Source of the DNA: a candidate division FCPU426 bacterium
Lineage (GTDB): Bacteria > Oederibacteriota > Muellerivitia > Muellerivitales > Muellerivitaceae
Direction of reading: 5' to 3'
NCBI GenBank assembly: GCA_963771075.1
Contig: CAVYSE010000028.1
Location: 128,001 to 192,000, forward strand
DNA: 64,000 nt
The notes under the pieces were generated by a model that was not told the DNA's origin, made no database searches, and saw only the letters and a list, made by a program, of their open reading frames with translations. Both the position numbers and the translations under genes were made by a program. Shown piece after piece: positions 27,987-37,734 of this stretch. Every line of letters starts with the position of its first letter. Positions within the stretch are counted from its first letter, which is position 1.

Positions 27987-29903
27987 TTACCACTTCTGGG
28001 TAGCGGTGGTTTCCCTTAGGGATAGAACAGGACAATATATTCCCTTGTCTTCCCGCTCCCACCAATCTCCGGTCGAGGCCTTTTCTTGATCGGTGGAAAA
28101 CCGGTAATCGTAAATCAGGGCTCGTACATAACGAGGTGGCCCAGTCGGAAAGGGATTATCTCCCAAGAGCTTTAACACCTCCGGCTTGCCTCGGAGCAAT
28201 GCCGTCTCCAGGTTCAGGAACCAGGGGTTCTCATTCAGGTTGCCCAGGGCCGCGAACCACAACTGCCAATCCAGTCGGGGCTGGTGGGGTGCCGACCAGT
28301 GGGGAGGAACCCGCAGGTCCCCGGGCTTGTAGCGGTAACCGTAGGCTTTCCAAACCCGGCCATCCTCGCTTCCCTCCAGAATGATCTCCGGCCGTTCAGT
28401 GGTCATGACCGCGAATAGGCCATAGCCGTTGACCGTCTCAAAAGGCGCCGCGGCGTCATAGACAGCCGCGAGTATCCAAGGCCATCGGATGGACGCCTTG
28501 AAGGAAAAGGCTATTTGCATCGTACTGAGAAGCAATACGAAAACTAAAAATACGGATTGAATCCACTTCGGCCAAGCCCAAACATCCGGTCGGGTGTTTT
28601 TTGATGCGTCATCCTGAAATAGGCGTCGAATGACGCCCGGCCAGGCAGCGTCCTCCAGGAAGAAAAGGCCCAGTCCCGCCGAAACCCAGTTGAAGAAGCA
28701 GTAATTCCCCGTCAGGGCGATCAAAACCTGCAAGGCCAACCAAAAACCGAAGGCATAGGGTTTGAACCGCCGGGGGCCCCAGAGGGCAAAAGGCACGACC
28801 AGTTCCGTGAAAAACACGAAAAGACAGGAGGCTTTCTGGAACCAAACGGGGAGGTGGTCCATGGACCAAGCGAGGGGCGTGGGTAGGGGCTGGGTATGGT
28901 AATGGAAACAGAGGGCCGTCAGGTTTTGCCAGGAAGGGTCCCCGCTGGAAAGCTTCACGACCCCAGCGCAAAAAGCGAGCCGAAAAAGGAGCCATTGGAA
29001 CAGGAAGACCAGGATGGGCGAGGGGTTGGATTTTCCAGTGAAGCCGGGTTTCCAAACCAGGGGGGATGCCAGGAAGGAAAGGAACCCCGCCTCGAGAAGG
29101 AGGATGTCCCATTGGAAATTGAGGAAATCCTGGCCCACCCTCACCAGGGAAAGGTAAAGGGCCCAAAGGAGAAATAGGCAAAGGGCCGGGGCGATATCGA
29201 TTAAAAGAAGGATCGAGCAAAGGACTCCCGCCCAGTATAGGGCGTGTAAAAAAGCGTCGCTGGTATTGAGCCAGCAAAGACTCGGAAAAGTCCAAAAACC
29301 AGCCCCACCCAGCTGGTTCTTGACTTCGGAAAGGAATTGGGAGGCGGGAAAGAGCCCCGAGCTTCCGATCAGGCCGTCCAGCTGGGAACCGAGGGAAAGG
29401 AAGGCCGCCAGGAAAGCCAGGGCCAGCATTTTGACGAAAAGCCAGCGGGAAACCTGGTAGGTAGGTGGTTCATCCGCCGGGGCCAAGCCGCAGGACCCGG
29501 CTCTGGAAAACCAGTTCCGATGGGAAGCCACGAATCCATAGGCCTTTTCGGAAACAAAGGCGAGTCCGGGAAATTGCTCATAGGCCCGGGAAAGCCAACC
29601 CCAACCCGACCGAAAGGACAGGCCCCGGAAAACCGCCTGGGCGCCCGACGAAACCTTTCCGTCCGGCTCGATCAACTGGACCGCCTTCTGAAATTGATCC
29701 TTGGAAATTTCAGGAAACAAACCCGCCGCTTCCTGGTAGGGCCGGTAATCCACCTTCTCCCCGGTGAGGAACCTCCATCGCTTGATCCAAAGCCGGCAAA
29801 ACCCGCAATCCCCGTCGTAAACCATGAGCGGTTTGGCGGGTCTGGGGGTATCGGAAAGGAGTCGGGATGGGGATGGGGGAACCAACAAATCTTTATCCTG
29901 CAT
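27987..29903 (-). CDS. Lipase maturation factor family protein with N-terminal DCC1-like (DUF393) thiol-disulfide domain
   Basis: YDGDCGFC, then LMF motifs FQWDILLLEAG, HYHTQPLP, TGNYCFFN, YGLFAVMT, PHQPRLDWQLWF. Confidence 0.9.
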   Translation of the reverse strand: MQDKDLLVPPSPSRLLSDTPRPAKPLMVYDGDCGFCRLWIKRWRFLTGEKVDYRPYQEAAGLFPEISKDQFQKAVQLIEPDGKVSSGAQAVFRGLSFRSGWGWLSRAYEQFPGLAFVSEKAYGFVASHRNWFSRAGSCGLAPADEPPTYQVSRWLFVKMLALAFLAAFLSLGSQLDGLIGSSGLFPASQFLSEVKNQLGGAGFWTFPSLCWLNTSDAFLHALYWAGVLCSILLLIDIAPALCLFLLWALYLSLVRVGQDFLNFQWDILLLEAGFLSFLASPLVWKPGFTGKSNPSPILVFLFQWLLFRLAFCAGVVKLSSGDPSWQNLTALCFHYHTQPLPTPLAWSMDHLPVWFQKASCLFVFFTELVVPFALWGPRRFKPYAFGFWLALQVLIALTGNYCFFNWVSAGLGLFFLEDAAWPGVIRRLFQDDASKNTRPDVWAWPKWIQSVFLVFVLLLSTMQIAFSFKASIRWPWILAAVYDAAAPFETVNGYGLFAVMTTERPEIILEGSEDGRVWKAYGYRYKPGDLRVPPHWSAPHQPRLDWQLWFAALGNLNENPWFLNLETALLRGKPEVLKLLGDNPFPTGPPRYVRALIYDYRFSTDQEKASTGDWWEREDKGIYCPVLSLRETTATQKW

Positions 29904-30046
29904 GCTTCTTATTCTATAGGGAACATCAAGGTTGGGGGATAGGGGTGATTCTTTATTCTTGGAATAAAGGGGCATATACTTTTAACCAAGCTTGTCGGAC
30001 GTTGGGTTCCGATTTTGGTTTCAGCGCCATCGCGAGGGGAGGTTTT

Positions 30047-30910
30047 ATGGATGACCATCGCTTGATGTACTACTTCGGCAATGAACCCTATACCCGTTTC
30101 GTGATCTTCCTGGTGTTCTTTTCTTTGATGGCCCTTTGGCAGAAATCAAGCCGTTTCCGCCCCCTGTCCGTCCCGCTCAAGGAAAGGTGGCTTAGCCACC
30201 TGGGTTTGGCCTTCGTCAACCTGCTCCTGTTCCGCCTGCTGTTTTCCGGGACCGCCCTTTGGGCCGCCTATTGGGCTGCCCGGCACGGGTTAGGCCTTTT
30301 CCGCAAGGTGGAAGTTCCCTTCCTATTCTCCCTCATCTTCACGGTGGTTTTCCTGGACTGGATGGTTTACTACCTCCATCGGATGTTTCACGCCCTTCCT
30401 GTGCTATGGCGGGTCCACCGCATCCACCACACGGACCCGGACGTGGAAGTTTCCACGGGAGTCCGGTTTCATCCTTTCGAAGTGATCCTCACCATGCTTT
30501 GGAAAGCGTTTTTTATCGTCCTCCTGGGCGCCCCCTTGTCCGGTGTTTTCGTTTATGAGGTCATGGTGATGGCCGCGAACCTATTCAACCATTCCAACGC
30601 GCGCCTTCCCAAACTGTTGGAATCCTGGGTTCGTCTTTTATTCGTGACGCCCGACATGCACCGGGTGCACCATTCCCTGGACCCGCGGGAGACCAACTCT
30701 AATTTCGGTTTTATCTTCAGCTTTTGGGACAGGGCCCTGATGACCTATAGGGTCGCCCCGGAAAAAGGGCAGGAGGGTGTCCTGCTCGGGCAGGAAAACC
30801 TGAGGGCGCCCCAGGATCAAACGATCGCGAACCTGCTCAAACAACCCTTCCTAAACCCCGAGGGACAATTTAAATGGTCCAACCTTTGGGGTAAACCTTG
30901 GGTTCATTGA
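30047..30910 (+). CDS. Sterol desaturase / fatty acid hydroxylase family protein
   Basis: His boxes HRMFH, HRIHH, HSN, HRVHH; RFHP; NFG...FWDR. Confidence 0.92.
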   Translation: MDDHRLMYYFGNEPYTRFVIFLVFFSLMALWQKSSRFRPLSVPLKERWLSHLGLAFVNLLLFRLLFSGTALWAAYWAARHGLGLFRKVEVPFLFSLIFTVVFLDWMVYYLHRMFHALPVLWRVHRIHHTDPDVEVSTGVRFHPFEVILTMLWKAFFIVLLGAPLSGVFVYEVMVMAANLFNHSNARLPKLLESWVRLLFVTPDMHRVHHSLDPRETNSNFGFIFSFWDRALMTYRVAPEKGQEGVLLGQENLRAPQDQTIANLLKQPFLNPEGQFKWSNLWGKPWVH

Positions 30911-32745
30911 CCGGAAACGATAAAAGCCGGGTTGCAATAACCCCGCGTTTGCAAAAACGGCGCGGAAAGAAGATATTTGGCATTGTTCGAGATTGAATTC
31001 GTTTTAGCTTGTTCAAAAATATTCTTTTTGTCCTTCCCTGGCGCCTTTGCTTCTTCCTGTAGGATTTTAGTGTTGTTTTCTTTTTTCCCTGGAATTTCGA
31101 AATAAATCCAGGTATCCCCGACCCTCCCGGTGGGAGCCAACCCGAGAACCCAGCTTTGGGCGATTTCCCGGGTGGGGAGATAGGCCAGGGGAGCGATTTG
31201 CAGGAAGGACGCGTTCACGGCATAAGTTGTCCCTCCCTGAGGTCCTTTTAAATCTTCCTGGGTCCAGGGCTCCCAATCCAAGCCATAAACCTGCGGGTCC
31301 ACCGCCCCGTAATAGGCCAACCGCACCCTTCCCCAATTTCTTATTTTCGCTTCCCCGGCCAGCCGCTTTAAATCCTGTCCCCAATCCAGGTTGGAATCCC
31401 CGAGAAGGAACATTTTTTGTTGCGCTGGGACCCAGTCATTGAAATAGCTCAAAGCTTGTGGCGCCTGAAGGCCCACGCTTAAACCTTGCCACACGACCAG
31501 GCCCCAAGCCGCCATTTGCCAGGCCTTTTGATTTTTCCCATGATCGGCCTGGACCATCCAGGCCCAGGCCCTGCCCGCCAGGAGGAATAGGAAAGGAAAA
31601 GCGGGAAGCAGGTAGCGCACACCCAAATTGGGCGCCCCTAAAAGGGCAACGGAAAAAAGGAGGGGCGATACCCATTGCCAGCCTGGAACCAAAACTCTTT
31701 TTTTAATCGCGAGCAGGACGAAAAGACCCAGCAAGAGCAGGATAGGAATCGGTTCCTTGACGGCAAACGCGCAGGGTAAGTAAAGCCATTGGTTTTGAAA
31801 GCTTTCCCGACCCAAGAAGAAAACGGGGTGGGGGCTGGCCGCGAAAACCAGATCTTCCCTAAGTTTTTCTGCTAAGGAATTCCAGGGCCAAGGATGGTCC
31901 GGCAGGCTGAAAGTTCCCGGCAGGTATAAAAGAAAAAGGGCGCATCCCATCCCCAGCGCCACCAGGGCCCAACGCTTCCCTAAGGACCGAACCAACTTTC
32001 CGTTGAAAAAACGGGGCTTGAAGCTTTCCCTCGCGTAGAACCATTCCAACAAAGCGAAAAGGGGGATGAGGACCAAAGCATAAAATTTACATCCCATCGT
32101 CAGGCCGGCCACGAACCCCGCCGTGAGGGGCGCCTCCAAGGTAGTTTTGGCCAGGGCCCTTTGGAAGGCCAAAACGGACAAAAACATAAAAAAGGTGGGC
32201 GCGATATCCGTTTTCGCCAAACCGGAGAGAGTCCCCAGGAGGGGGTCAAAGGCCCAAAGGAACAAGGCCCCCGCCAGCCACCAAGGCTCCTTGCCCAATA
32301 AACAAAAAATCAGGAAACCCGCGCCTAGTCCCAAGCCCAGGCTGGTGAGCCGGGCCCGAAGGGCGACGGCCTCCAATTTGTGCCTGTTCCATTCAAATAA
32401 AAATCGATGGGCCCTATCCAGGACATCTCCCAAGGCTGAGGCTTCAAGCCGAAGCCCAAGACTTGGGTGCGCCAATTCCATATGGGAATCCGCAACCGTA
32501 ACGGGATAGGTTTTCAGGTCCATGAAAAGAAGGGGCCAGGAGGTCAGTGCCCCAGCCAGGGGAGGATGGTTATGGGGGGTGTGGGTGTCGCCTTGGGTCA
32601 GGTAATAATAGCCGTTCGTGATGTCGGTGGGCTCGTCAGCCGTCAGGGAATATTCCAGGATACGCGGAATCACCTGAGCGCAAAAAGCCAGCGAAAAAAG
32701 AAGATAAAGGGCCAAGGGCCAGAAATTTTGCCGGGGAAGCTTCAT
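30904..32745 (-). CDS. GT-C (ArnT/PMT, GT39/83-like) membrane glycosyltransferase
   Basis: TADEP, HPPL, multiple TMs, GVRYLLP, DSNLDWGQDL. Confidence 0.82.
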   Translation of the reverse strand: MKLPRQNFWPLALYLLFSLAFCAQVIPRILEYSLTADEPTDITNGYYYLTQGDTHTPHNHPPLAGALTSWPLLFMDLKTYPVTVADSHMELAHPSLGLRLEASALGDVLDRAHRFLFEWNRHKLEAVALRARLTSLGLGLGAGFLIFCLLGKEPWWLAGALFLWAFDPLLGTLSGLAKTDIAPTFFMFLSVLAFQRALAKTTLEAPLTAGFVAGLTMGCKFYALVLIPLFALLEWFYARESFKPRFFNGKLVRSLGKRWALVALGMGCALFLLYLPGTFSLPDHPWPWNSLAEKLREDLVFAASPHPVFFLGRESFQNQWLYLPCAFAVKEPIPILLLLGLFVLLAIKKRVLVPGWQWVSPLLFSVALLGAPNLGVRYLLPAFPFLFLLAGRAWAWMVQADHGKNQKAWQMAAWGLVVWQGLSVGLQAPQALSYFNDWVPAQQKMFLLGDSNLDWGQDLKRLAGEAKIRNWGRVRLAYYGAVDPQVYGLDWEPWTQEDLKGPQGGTTYAVNASFLQIAPLAYLPTREIAQSWVLGLAPTGRVGDTWIYFEIPGKKENNTKILQEEAKAPGKDKKNIFEQAKTNSISNNAKYLLSAPFLQTRGYCNPAFIVSGQ

Positions 32746-32819
32746 GGGACTCGTTTATCGACCGGGACGGTTACCGAAAAAAAACATGTCCGGGCATCAG
32801 CCTAGCCATCCTCCCCCGG

Positions 32820-33548
32820 TTATTGGGCCGTGGGAGTTTCTTCGGGGGTCGGGGTGGGCGTGACCTGGCTCTTTTCGTAGAACTTCTCGAATTGTTTCGC
32901 CGAATCCGCGTCCTTGCAATCGGAGCAGTCGCGAATCACCATTTGCTTGACGGTGTCGTAAAGCACCGTATCCGAGACGGTGAATAAACTTCGGTTTTCC
33001 TCTTCGGTTTTCTTGCCGCAATCGGTGGTCACCTTCAGGATCGCCAGGTGGGGCTTCAGCCATTGGACCACCGAGATCTTCGCGGTCTCGTAGGACCAGC
33101 CGTGGAACTTGATGCGGTCGTAGAGTTTCGACTCCAACGCCTCGGTCACGTCCAGGGTCTTGCCCAGCTTGATATCCACGAAGTAAGTCCTCCAGGTCCC
33201 TTCGATGATTTCCATGTTGATGAAGATCTTTTGGTTGTCCGGGGACCAGTTGAACTGGATGGAATCCCAATGGGGAGTGAAGGTGTCCTTTTCGGTTTCC
33301 TGGATCAAGGGCGGAACGCCCTCGCGGATCTCAAAATGCCGAAGGGTTTTCTTATCGACCAGGCTGATGGGATAGCGGAAAAAGACCCGGTCGCCTACCC
33401 GACGGTCGATGACCTGTTCCACCACGACGCGATACTGGCCGTCGGGGGATTGGGAAAGGTAAACCTGTTGGCCGGCCCGGGCCTGCGCCGGAAGCAATAT
33501 CGCCCCGGTCAACATAAGCGTCCAAAGGGAGGTCAGGGCCTGTCGCAT
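32820..33548 (-). CDS. Secreted hypothetical protein
   Basis: Signal peptide (AQARA), SPDG / WSPD beta-propeller-like turns, PTPTP tail; co-oriented downstream of tonB. Confidence 0.65.
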   Translation of the reverse strand: MRQALTSLWTLMLTGAILLPAQARAGQQVYLSQSPDGQYRVVVEQVIDRRVGDRVFFRYPISLVDKKTLRHFEIREGVPPLIQETEKDTFTPHWDSIQFNWSPDNQKIFINMEIIEGTWRTYFVDIKLGKTLDVTEALESKLYDRIKFHGWSYETAKISVVQWLKPHLAILKVTTDCGKKTEEENRSLFTVSDTVLYDTVKQMVIRDCSDCKDADSAKQFEKFYEKSQVTPTPTPEETPTAQ

Positions 33549-33573
33549 GAAATTTTCTCCTTAACATCATTCG

Positions 33574-34176
33574 TTATTGGTCGAACTTAAACCGATAGGG
33601 GATCCGGAGGCGGACCGCGACCGGCTCGTCTCCCGCGTAAGCGGGGGCGAAAAGCGATTGCTGGGCGGCCGCCAGGGCGGCCTCGTCACAGCCATAACCC
33701 AAACCCTGGATCAATTGCACCATTTTAACCGCACCTGTGGCGTCGATGTCCACTTGTAAAATCACCACACCCTCGATATTGGCCCTTTTCGCCGCCTCCG
33801 GATAGACCGCCTTCACCTGGTTGATGAAATGGGGCAGGCGGCTGACCTCGGCAATCGAGCGGTAGGGGCCCGTGCCGTTCCCGGGAAAATCCGCCGGGCC
33901 CGGGGAAAGGGCCGGTGGGGAAACTGGTTTTTTCTCGGGTACTTTCAGGGGAGTCGTCCGATGCTTGAAAAAAGGTTTTTGCCAAACCTCGTCTTCCGGG
34001 ACAGGCGGGGCAAGCGCCACGGGCGAGTTGGCGCCGGAGAGGTCCAACATCAGAACATTCAGATCCAACATCCGGCTTCTTCCCAAAAAAAGCAGTAAAG
34101 CGATGAAAAACAGATGTGACGCCAGGGAAACGCCCCAGGGGCCCAGGGGAACGGAAAGCAGGACCCGGGACCTCAA
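33574..34176 (-). CDS. tonB: Energy transducer TonB
   Basis: TM with SLASH, Pro-rich linker, YPEAAKRANIEGVV...GYGCDEAAL. Confidence 0.9.
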   Translation of the reverse strand: MRSRVLLSVPLGPWGVSLASHLFFIALLLFLGRSRMLDLNVLMLDLSGANSPVALAPPVPEDEVWQKPFFKHRTTPLKVPEKKPVSPPALSPGPADFPGNGTGPYRSIAEVSRLPHFINQVKAVYPEAAKRANIEGVVILQVDIDATGAVKMVQLIQGLGYGCDEAALAAAQQSLFAPAYAGDEPVAVRLRIPYRFKFDQ

Positions 34177-34577
34177 GGGTTCACCACCCCCAGGGCGATC
34201 TGGGTGACTCCCGCCTGTCGGGCCAGGTCCAAAAGTTCCACCACCTTGCCATGGGTCACCTGGGCGTCGGCCGAGAGGACCAGGCGCAGGTTGGGGTTGA
34301 GCGCGGCGGCCTCCCGGAGGGCCTGGGCCAGGGCGGGCTTATCGGTTTTTTTATTCTGGTAAAAGATCTCCCCTTTGAGATTGAGCACCAGGGCCTGGCT
34401 GGCCGGGGCGGTGGGGTTGGCCGTGAGGGCCTTGGGAACCTTGACCGGGACCGAGGGAGTGGAAATGAAACTGGCCGTCAACATGAAGATGATCAGGAGC
34501 ACCAGCATGATGTCCACCAGCGGCACCACGTTGATCTGCGTGATGGCCTCATCCGAATCGGGGCTGATGTGGGCCAC
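34173..34577 (-). CDS. exbD: Biopolymer transporter ExbD/TolR
   Basis: INVVPLVDIMLVLLIIFM, ADAQVTHGKVV. Confidence 0.92.
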   Translation of the reverse strand: MAHISPDSDEAITQINVVPLVDIMLVLLIIFMLTASFISTPSVPVKVPKALTANPTAPASQALVLNLKGEIFYQNKKTDKPALAQALREAAALNPNLRLVLSADAQVTHGKVVELLDLARQAGVTQIALGVVNP

Positions 34578-34579
34578 GG

Positions 34580-35203
34580 CTAGCGCTTTTTCTTTCCGGA
34601 ATAAGCGAGAAGCAGGCGGGAAAGGCGGTCGGCGGACGCCAGGGATTTCTTGATCCGGCTTTGGAAATAGTTATAGGCCGCCACTGCGGGAATGGCGATC
34701 AAGAGACCCACCGCGGTGGCCACCAGCGCCTCGGAAACGCCCCGCATGACGACAGTGGGACCGGAGGTTCCCGCGATGGCCAAGTCGTTGAAAGCCTTGA
34801 TGATCCCCAATACCGTCCCGAACAGGCCGATGAAGGGCGCGTTATTGCCCAACGTTCCCAGGACCAGAAGGTTCTTTTCCATCAGCATGCGTTCCTGGAG
34901 GCGCTGGCTTTCCATCACCTGTTCCAGGGCCTCGGGGTCCAGGTCCAGGTTGTCGAGCCCCGCTTTCAAAACGGCCCCCTCGGCGGAGGGAGAAGCCACC
35001 GCCAGCTTTTCGGCCTGCTTGAAGTCCCCCTTGGCCAAAAGTGCCGGGGCTTGGGCTTCCAAATCACCGGTTCCCTGGGACCGTTTCTTGAACTCGCGGA
35101 ATTTTTGGTAAATGACGGCGATGGACCAGAGGGAAAGGAACAAAAGGATGTAGAGAACCCATTCGCCCCCCAGGAGGGCGAAAGCCTTGATGGCTTGAAG
35201 CAT
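34580..35203 (-). CDS. exbB: MotA/TolQ/ExbB proton channel protein
   Basis: APFIGLFGTVLGIIKAF, GVSEALVATAVGL, AIPAV. Confidence 0.92.
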   Translation of the reverse strand: MLQAIKAFALLGGEWVLYILLFLSLWSIAVIYQKFREFKKRSQGTGDLEAQAPALLAKGDFKQAEKLAVASPSAEGAVLKAGLDNLDLDPEALEQVMESQRLQERMLMEKNLLVLGTLGNNAPFIGLFGTVLGIIKAFNDLAIAGTSGPTVVMRGVSEALVATAVGLLIAIPAVAAYNYFQSRIKKSLASADRLSRLLLAYSGKKKR

Positions 35204-35307
35204 GAAAACCTCATGAAAAAGAAATATTAGAGCCGCCGATATTAGCACAGGAGGTACCGCAATTCAAAAGGCACACCAATACAGCCATCCGAATCGATTC
35301 AAAAAAA

Positions 35308-35338
35308 GAAAAGCCCGAGAAATGATCTCGGGCTTTTA
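35308..35338. terminator. Intrinsic terminator after the NHL lipoprotein gene
   Basis: AAAAGCCCGAGA-AATGA-TCTCGGGCTTTT hairpin with an A-tract on the left (U-tract on the minus strand). Confidence 0.8.
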
Positions 35339-35372
35339 AAAATCACGCGGACTTTCTTTTTTAATAATTAAA

Positions 35373-36668
35373 TTAGGGGCCGAAAACTTGGATCAAGTTA
35401 TTGTCTTGATCCCCCACAACAATTTGTGTGGGCGCGCCGGGCGGCGTACCAGGTACTTGAATCAAAGCTATGCAAGAGGGCATGAAGGGTAAATATTCAT
35501 GGTATCCATTGGGAGAAACGGAACCAACCGGAACACCCCAGGTTCTTACTTCCGAGGCGGTGTAATTGCCGGTAATTTGGTATTCCTCAACTTGCCCGCC
35601 ATTCGCCGTGTCAGAAACATAAATGTCCTCACCTGGGTAATTGGCATTACCGTCAACGAAAAAACCGTTAGGATTAAGGCTATCCACAGCCAGCCCGTTG
35701 ATCACGCACCCGGTGGTAAGAACCCATTGGCCCACCAGGTAGGTTCCCCCGTTGGCATATTCGGCCACGACGGAAGGGGTATAACCCGAGTCTCCGACAA
35801 ACAGGTTATCGTACGCGTCAATCGCCAAGGCCACGGGTTGACGAAAAGGAAATTTGGCCGTGCTTCCATTCCAACGGTGTTCCCATGCGGTGGCTGGCAC
35901 ACCTCCGTTCTGCCAGCCTCCTGGTCCCATTTCATCCACATAGTCATTTCCCGTGTCCGCGACAAAAAAATTGCCCTGGCTATCCGCGACAAGGGCTCTT
36001 GGGGATTTATAGGCATAAGCGTCATAACCGGTGTTCCAACTGGGGCAAACAAAACCTGTGGAGCAATAGTAATTATTCAACCAACCGCCCTCATAAAGAA
36101 CCGCCGAACCGCCTGGGGAAGAATCTAAAATACCCCACCATCCCTTAGGGAAAAGCCCTCCACCCCCTCCGCCTTTTGTAAAGGCAACCCCCATCGGAAG
36201 TTGCGCTATTATCGTTGATGGAGCAGACCACGGAACGGGAGTTGGAGTTTGGGGGCCTGGTACACCCGGGGGAACAGGCGGACAACCTGTGGCTAATTCA
36301 TTTCCTCCAAAACCAGCGGAGGGTGGTCCATACGGGGGAATAGAAAGAACTCCATTAGCGGTATTTATCGAATAACTTGGAAACAAAGTAATGCCCGGCG
36401 ATCCTTCCATGACGTAAATAACATTACTAGTGCCATCGTAGTAGATACCATTGGGGGAAGTGGACGCGCCGTAATTATTAATAAAAGTCGGCGTAGGCGT
36501 AAGCACCCCCGAAAGGGTTATCCCCCCGCCTGAAATCGTGGGTGCGGGTTGGGTCCCCCCTGAACCGGAACTGACCGGAGGCTTGGTCGGATTGTTGTTG
36601 TTGTCACTACAGGCCAATGGCAAAACCAAGCTGACCAGAATCAGGACAATGAAAAGGGATTGTTTCAT
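35373..36668 (-). CDS. NHL-repeat (beta-propeller) lipoprotein
   Basis: Lipobox PLAC; repeats PRALVADSQGNFFVADTGN, PVALAIDAYDNLFVGDSG, IYVSDTAN. Confidence 0.8.
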   Translation of the reverse strand: MKQSLFIVLILVSLVLPLACSDNNNNPTKPPVSSGSGGTQPAPTISGGGITLSGVLTPTPTFINNYGASTSPNGIYYDGTSNVIYVMEGSPGITLFPSYSINTANGVLSIPPYGPPSAGFGGNELATGCPPVPPGVPGPQTPTPVPWSAPSTIIAQLPMGVAFTKGGGGGGLFPKGWWGILDSSPGGSAVLYEGGWLNNYYCSTGFVCPSWNTGYDAYAYKSPRALVADSQGNFFVADTGNDYVDEMGPGGWQNGGVPATAWEHRWNGSTAKFPFRQPVALAIDAYDNLFVGDSGYTPSVVAEYANGGTYLVGQWVLTTGCVINGLAVDSLNPNGFFVDGNANYPGEDIYVSDTANGGQVEEYQITGNYTASEVRTWGVPVGSVSPNGYHEYLPFMPSCIALIQVPGTPPGAPTQIVVGDQDNNLIQVFGP

Positions 36669-36789
36669 TTTGGCCTCGCCATTCCTTTATCTAAACAGGG
36701 TTTCCTAATTTTACCCTGCTTTTTTAAAAACCAAAAACCTATCCGCCCGAATCGAACCCAACTTTCAATAAAAACACAGGCAGAACGGC

Positions 36790-37587
36790 CTATTGAACCC
36801 CTACCGTCGCTCCAACGTACAAATTGAGCCCGTCTCCCTCAATGGAATTAACACTGGACCCGTTTAAATTATCCAGGTAAAGGTTGTTTAAATTATTCGT
36901 GGTTCTGGCCGCCCCACCGACCTGGTTAAAGCCCGTCCAACGTTGGAATACCCCGCCAAGGACGGAAAAGTTGTTGTCCAAGTATATTTCCAACCCAGCC
37001 CCTAATGTAAAACCAAGGCCCGAAAAAGTTTCGTTATCCGTTGTCAACACAGTGGTTGAAGTTCCGCTGAGAAGACTGGACCCCTGCTGAATCCAAAGCC
37101 AGGGAAAGCTCAACCCCAGGTTCACGAAAGGTTGGGTGGGTAATTCCGTAAAAAAATACCTTTTTAAAGTGAGGTCAATGGACTGCAAACTCGCGGGGGT
37201 GTTAAACGTAACAGAGGATGAATTTACCCAGGTAGCCGTATGATCGCTACGCCAAAAACTGACTTCAGCCGCCCAAGGCCCTTCTCGATGGCCAAGCATG
37301 GCGCCCCAGCCAAAGTTACGACCTATGGACGGAATAATATCTTGTTCTGGATTAGAAAAAATTGACACTGGATTTGTTGAGGTAACCGTAGAGGGAGATT
37401 GCAAAAACTGGGTTCCTATAAAATTTCCCCATTGGTCAAGTGTAGCGGAGTTACCCATAAACCCAATATATGACCTGGTTTTGATGAAATCGGCTTCGGA
37501 AGTTTCTTCTTGTGCCAGAACCTGGCAGGTAAAACCTACGGAAAAAATCAATGTGAATATCGTAAAAAGGCGTTTTCTTTGATTCAT
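36790..37587 (-). CDS. Outer-membrane beta-barrel protein (paralog of 40083-40829)
   Basis: Signal peptide; strands QPFVNLGLSFPW, GFTLGAGLEIYL, LYVGATVGVQ. Confidence 0.75.
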   Translation of the reverse strand: MNQRKRLFTIFTLIFSVGFTCQVLAQEETSEADFIKTRSYIGFMGNSATLDQWGNFIGTQFLQSPSTVTSTNPVSIFSNPEQDIIPSIGRNFGWGAMLGHREGPWAAEVSFWRSDHTATWVNSSSVTFNTPASLQSIDLTLKRYFFTELPTQPFVNLGLSFPWLWIQQGSSLLSGTSTTVLTTDNETFSGLGFTLGAGLEIYLDNNFSVLGGVFQRWTGFNQVGGAARTTNNLNNLYLDNLNGSSVNSIEGDGLNLYVGATVGVQ

Positions 37588-37734
37588 CCGCTACTGTCCC
37601 TCCCTGAATTTCATGGAGCTTGTTTCAATATGACATTTACCAAGCTTTATAGCGGTTATTGTAACCCAAGCTTTGGTGGAATTAACAGGAAATCTTAGGA
37701 AAAGAGGGCTATTTGAAGAGGTTTTGGACGCGAA

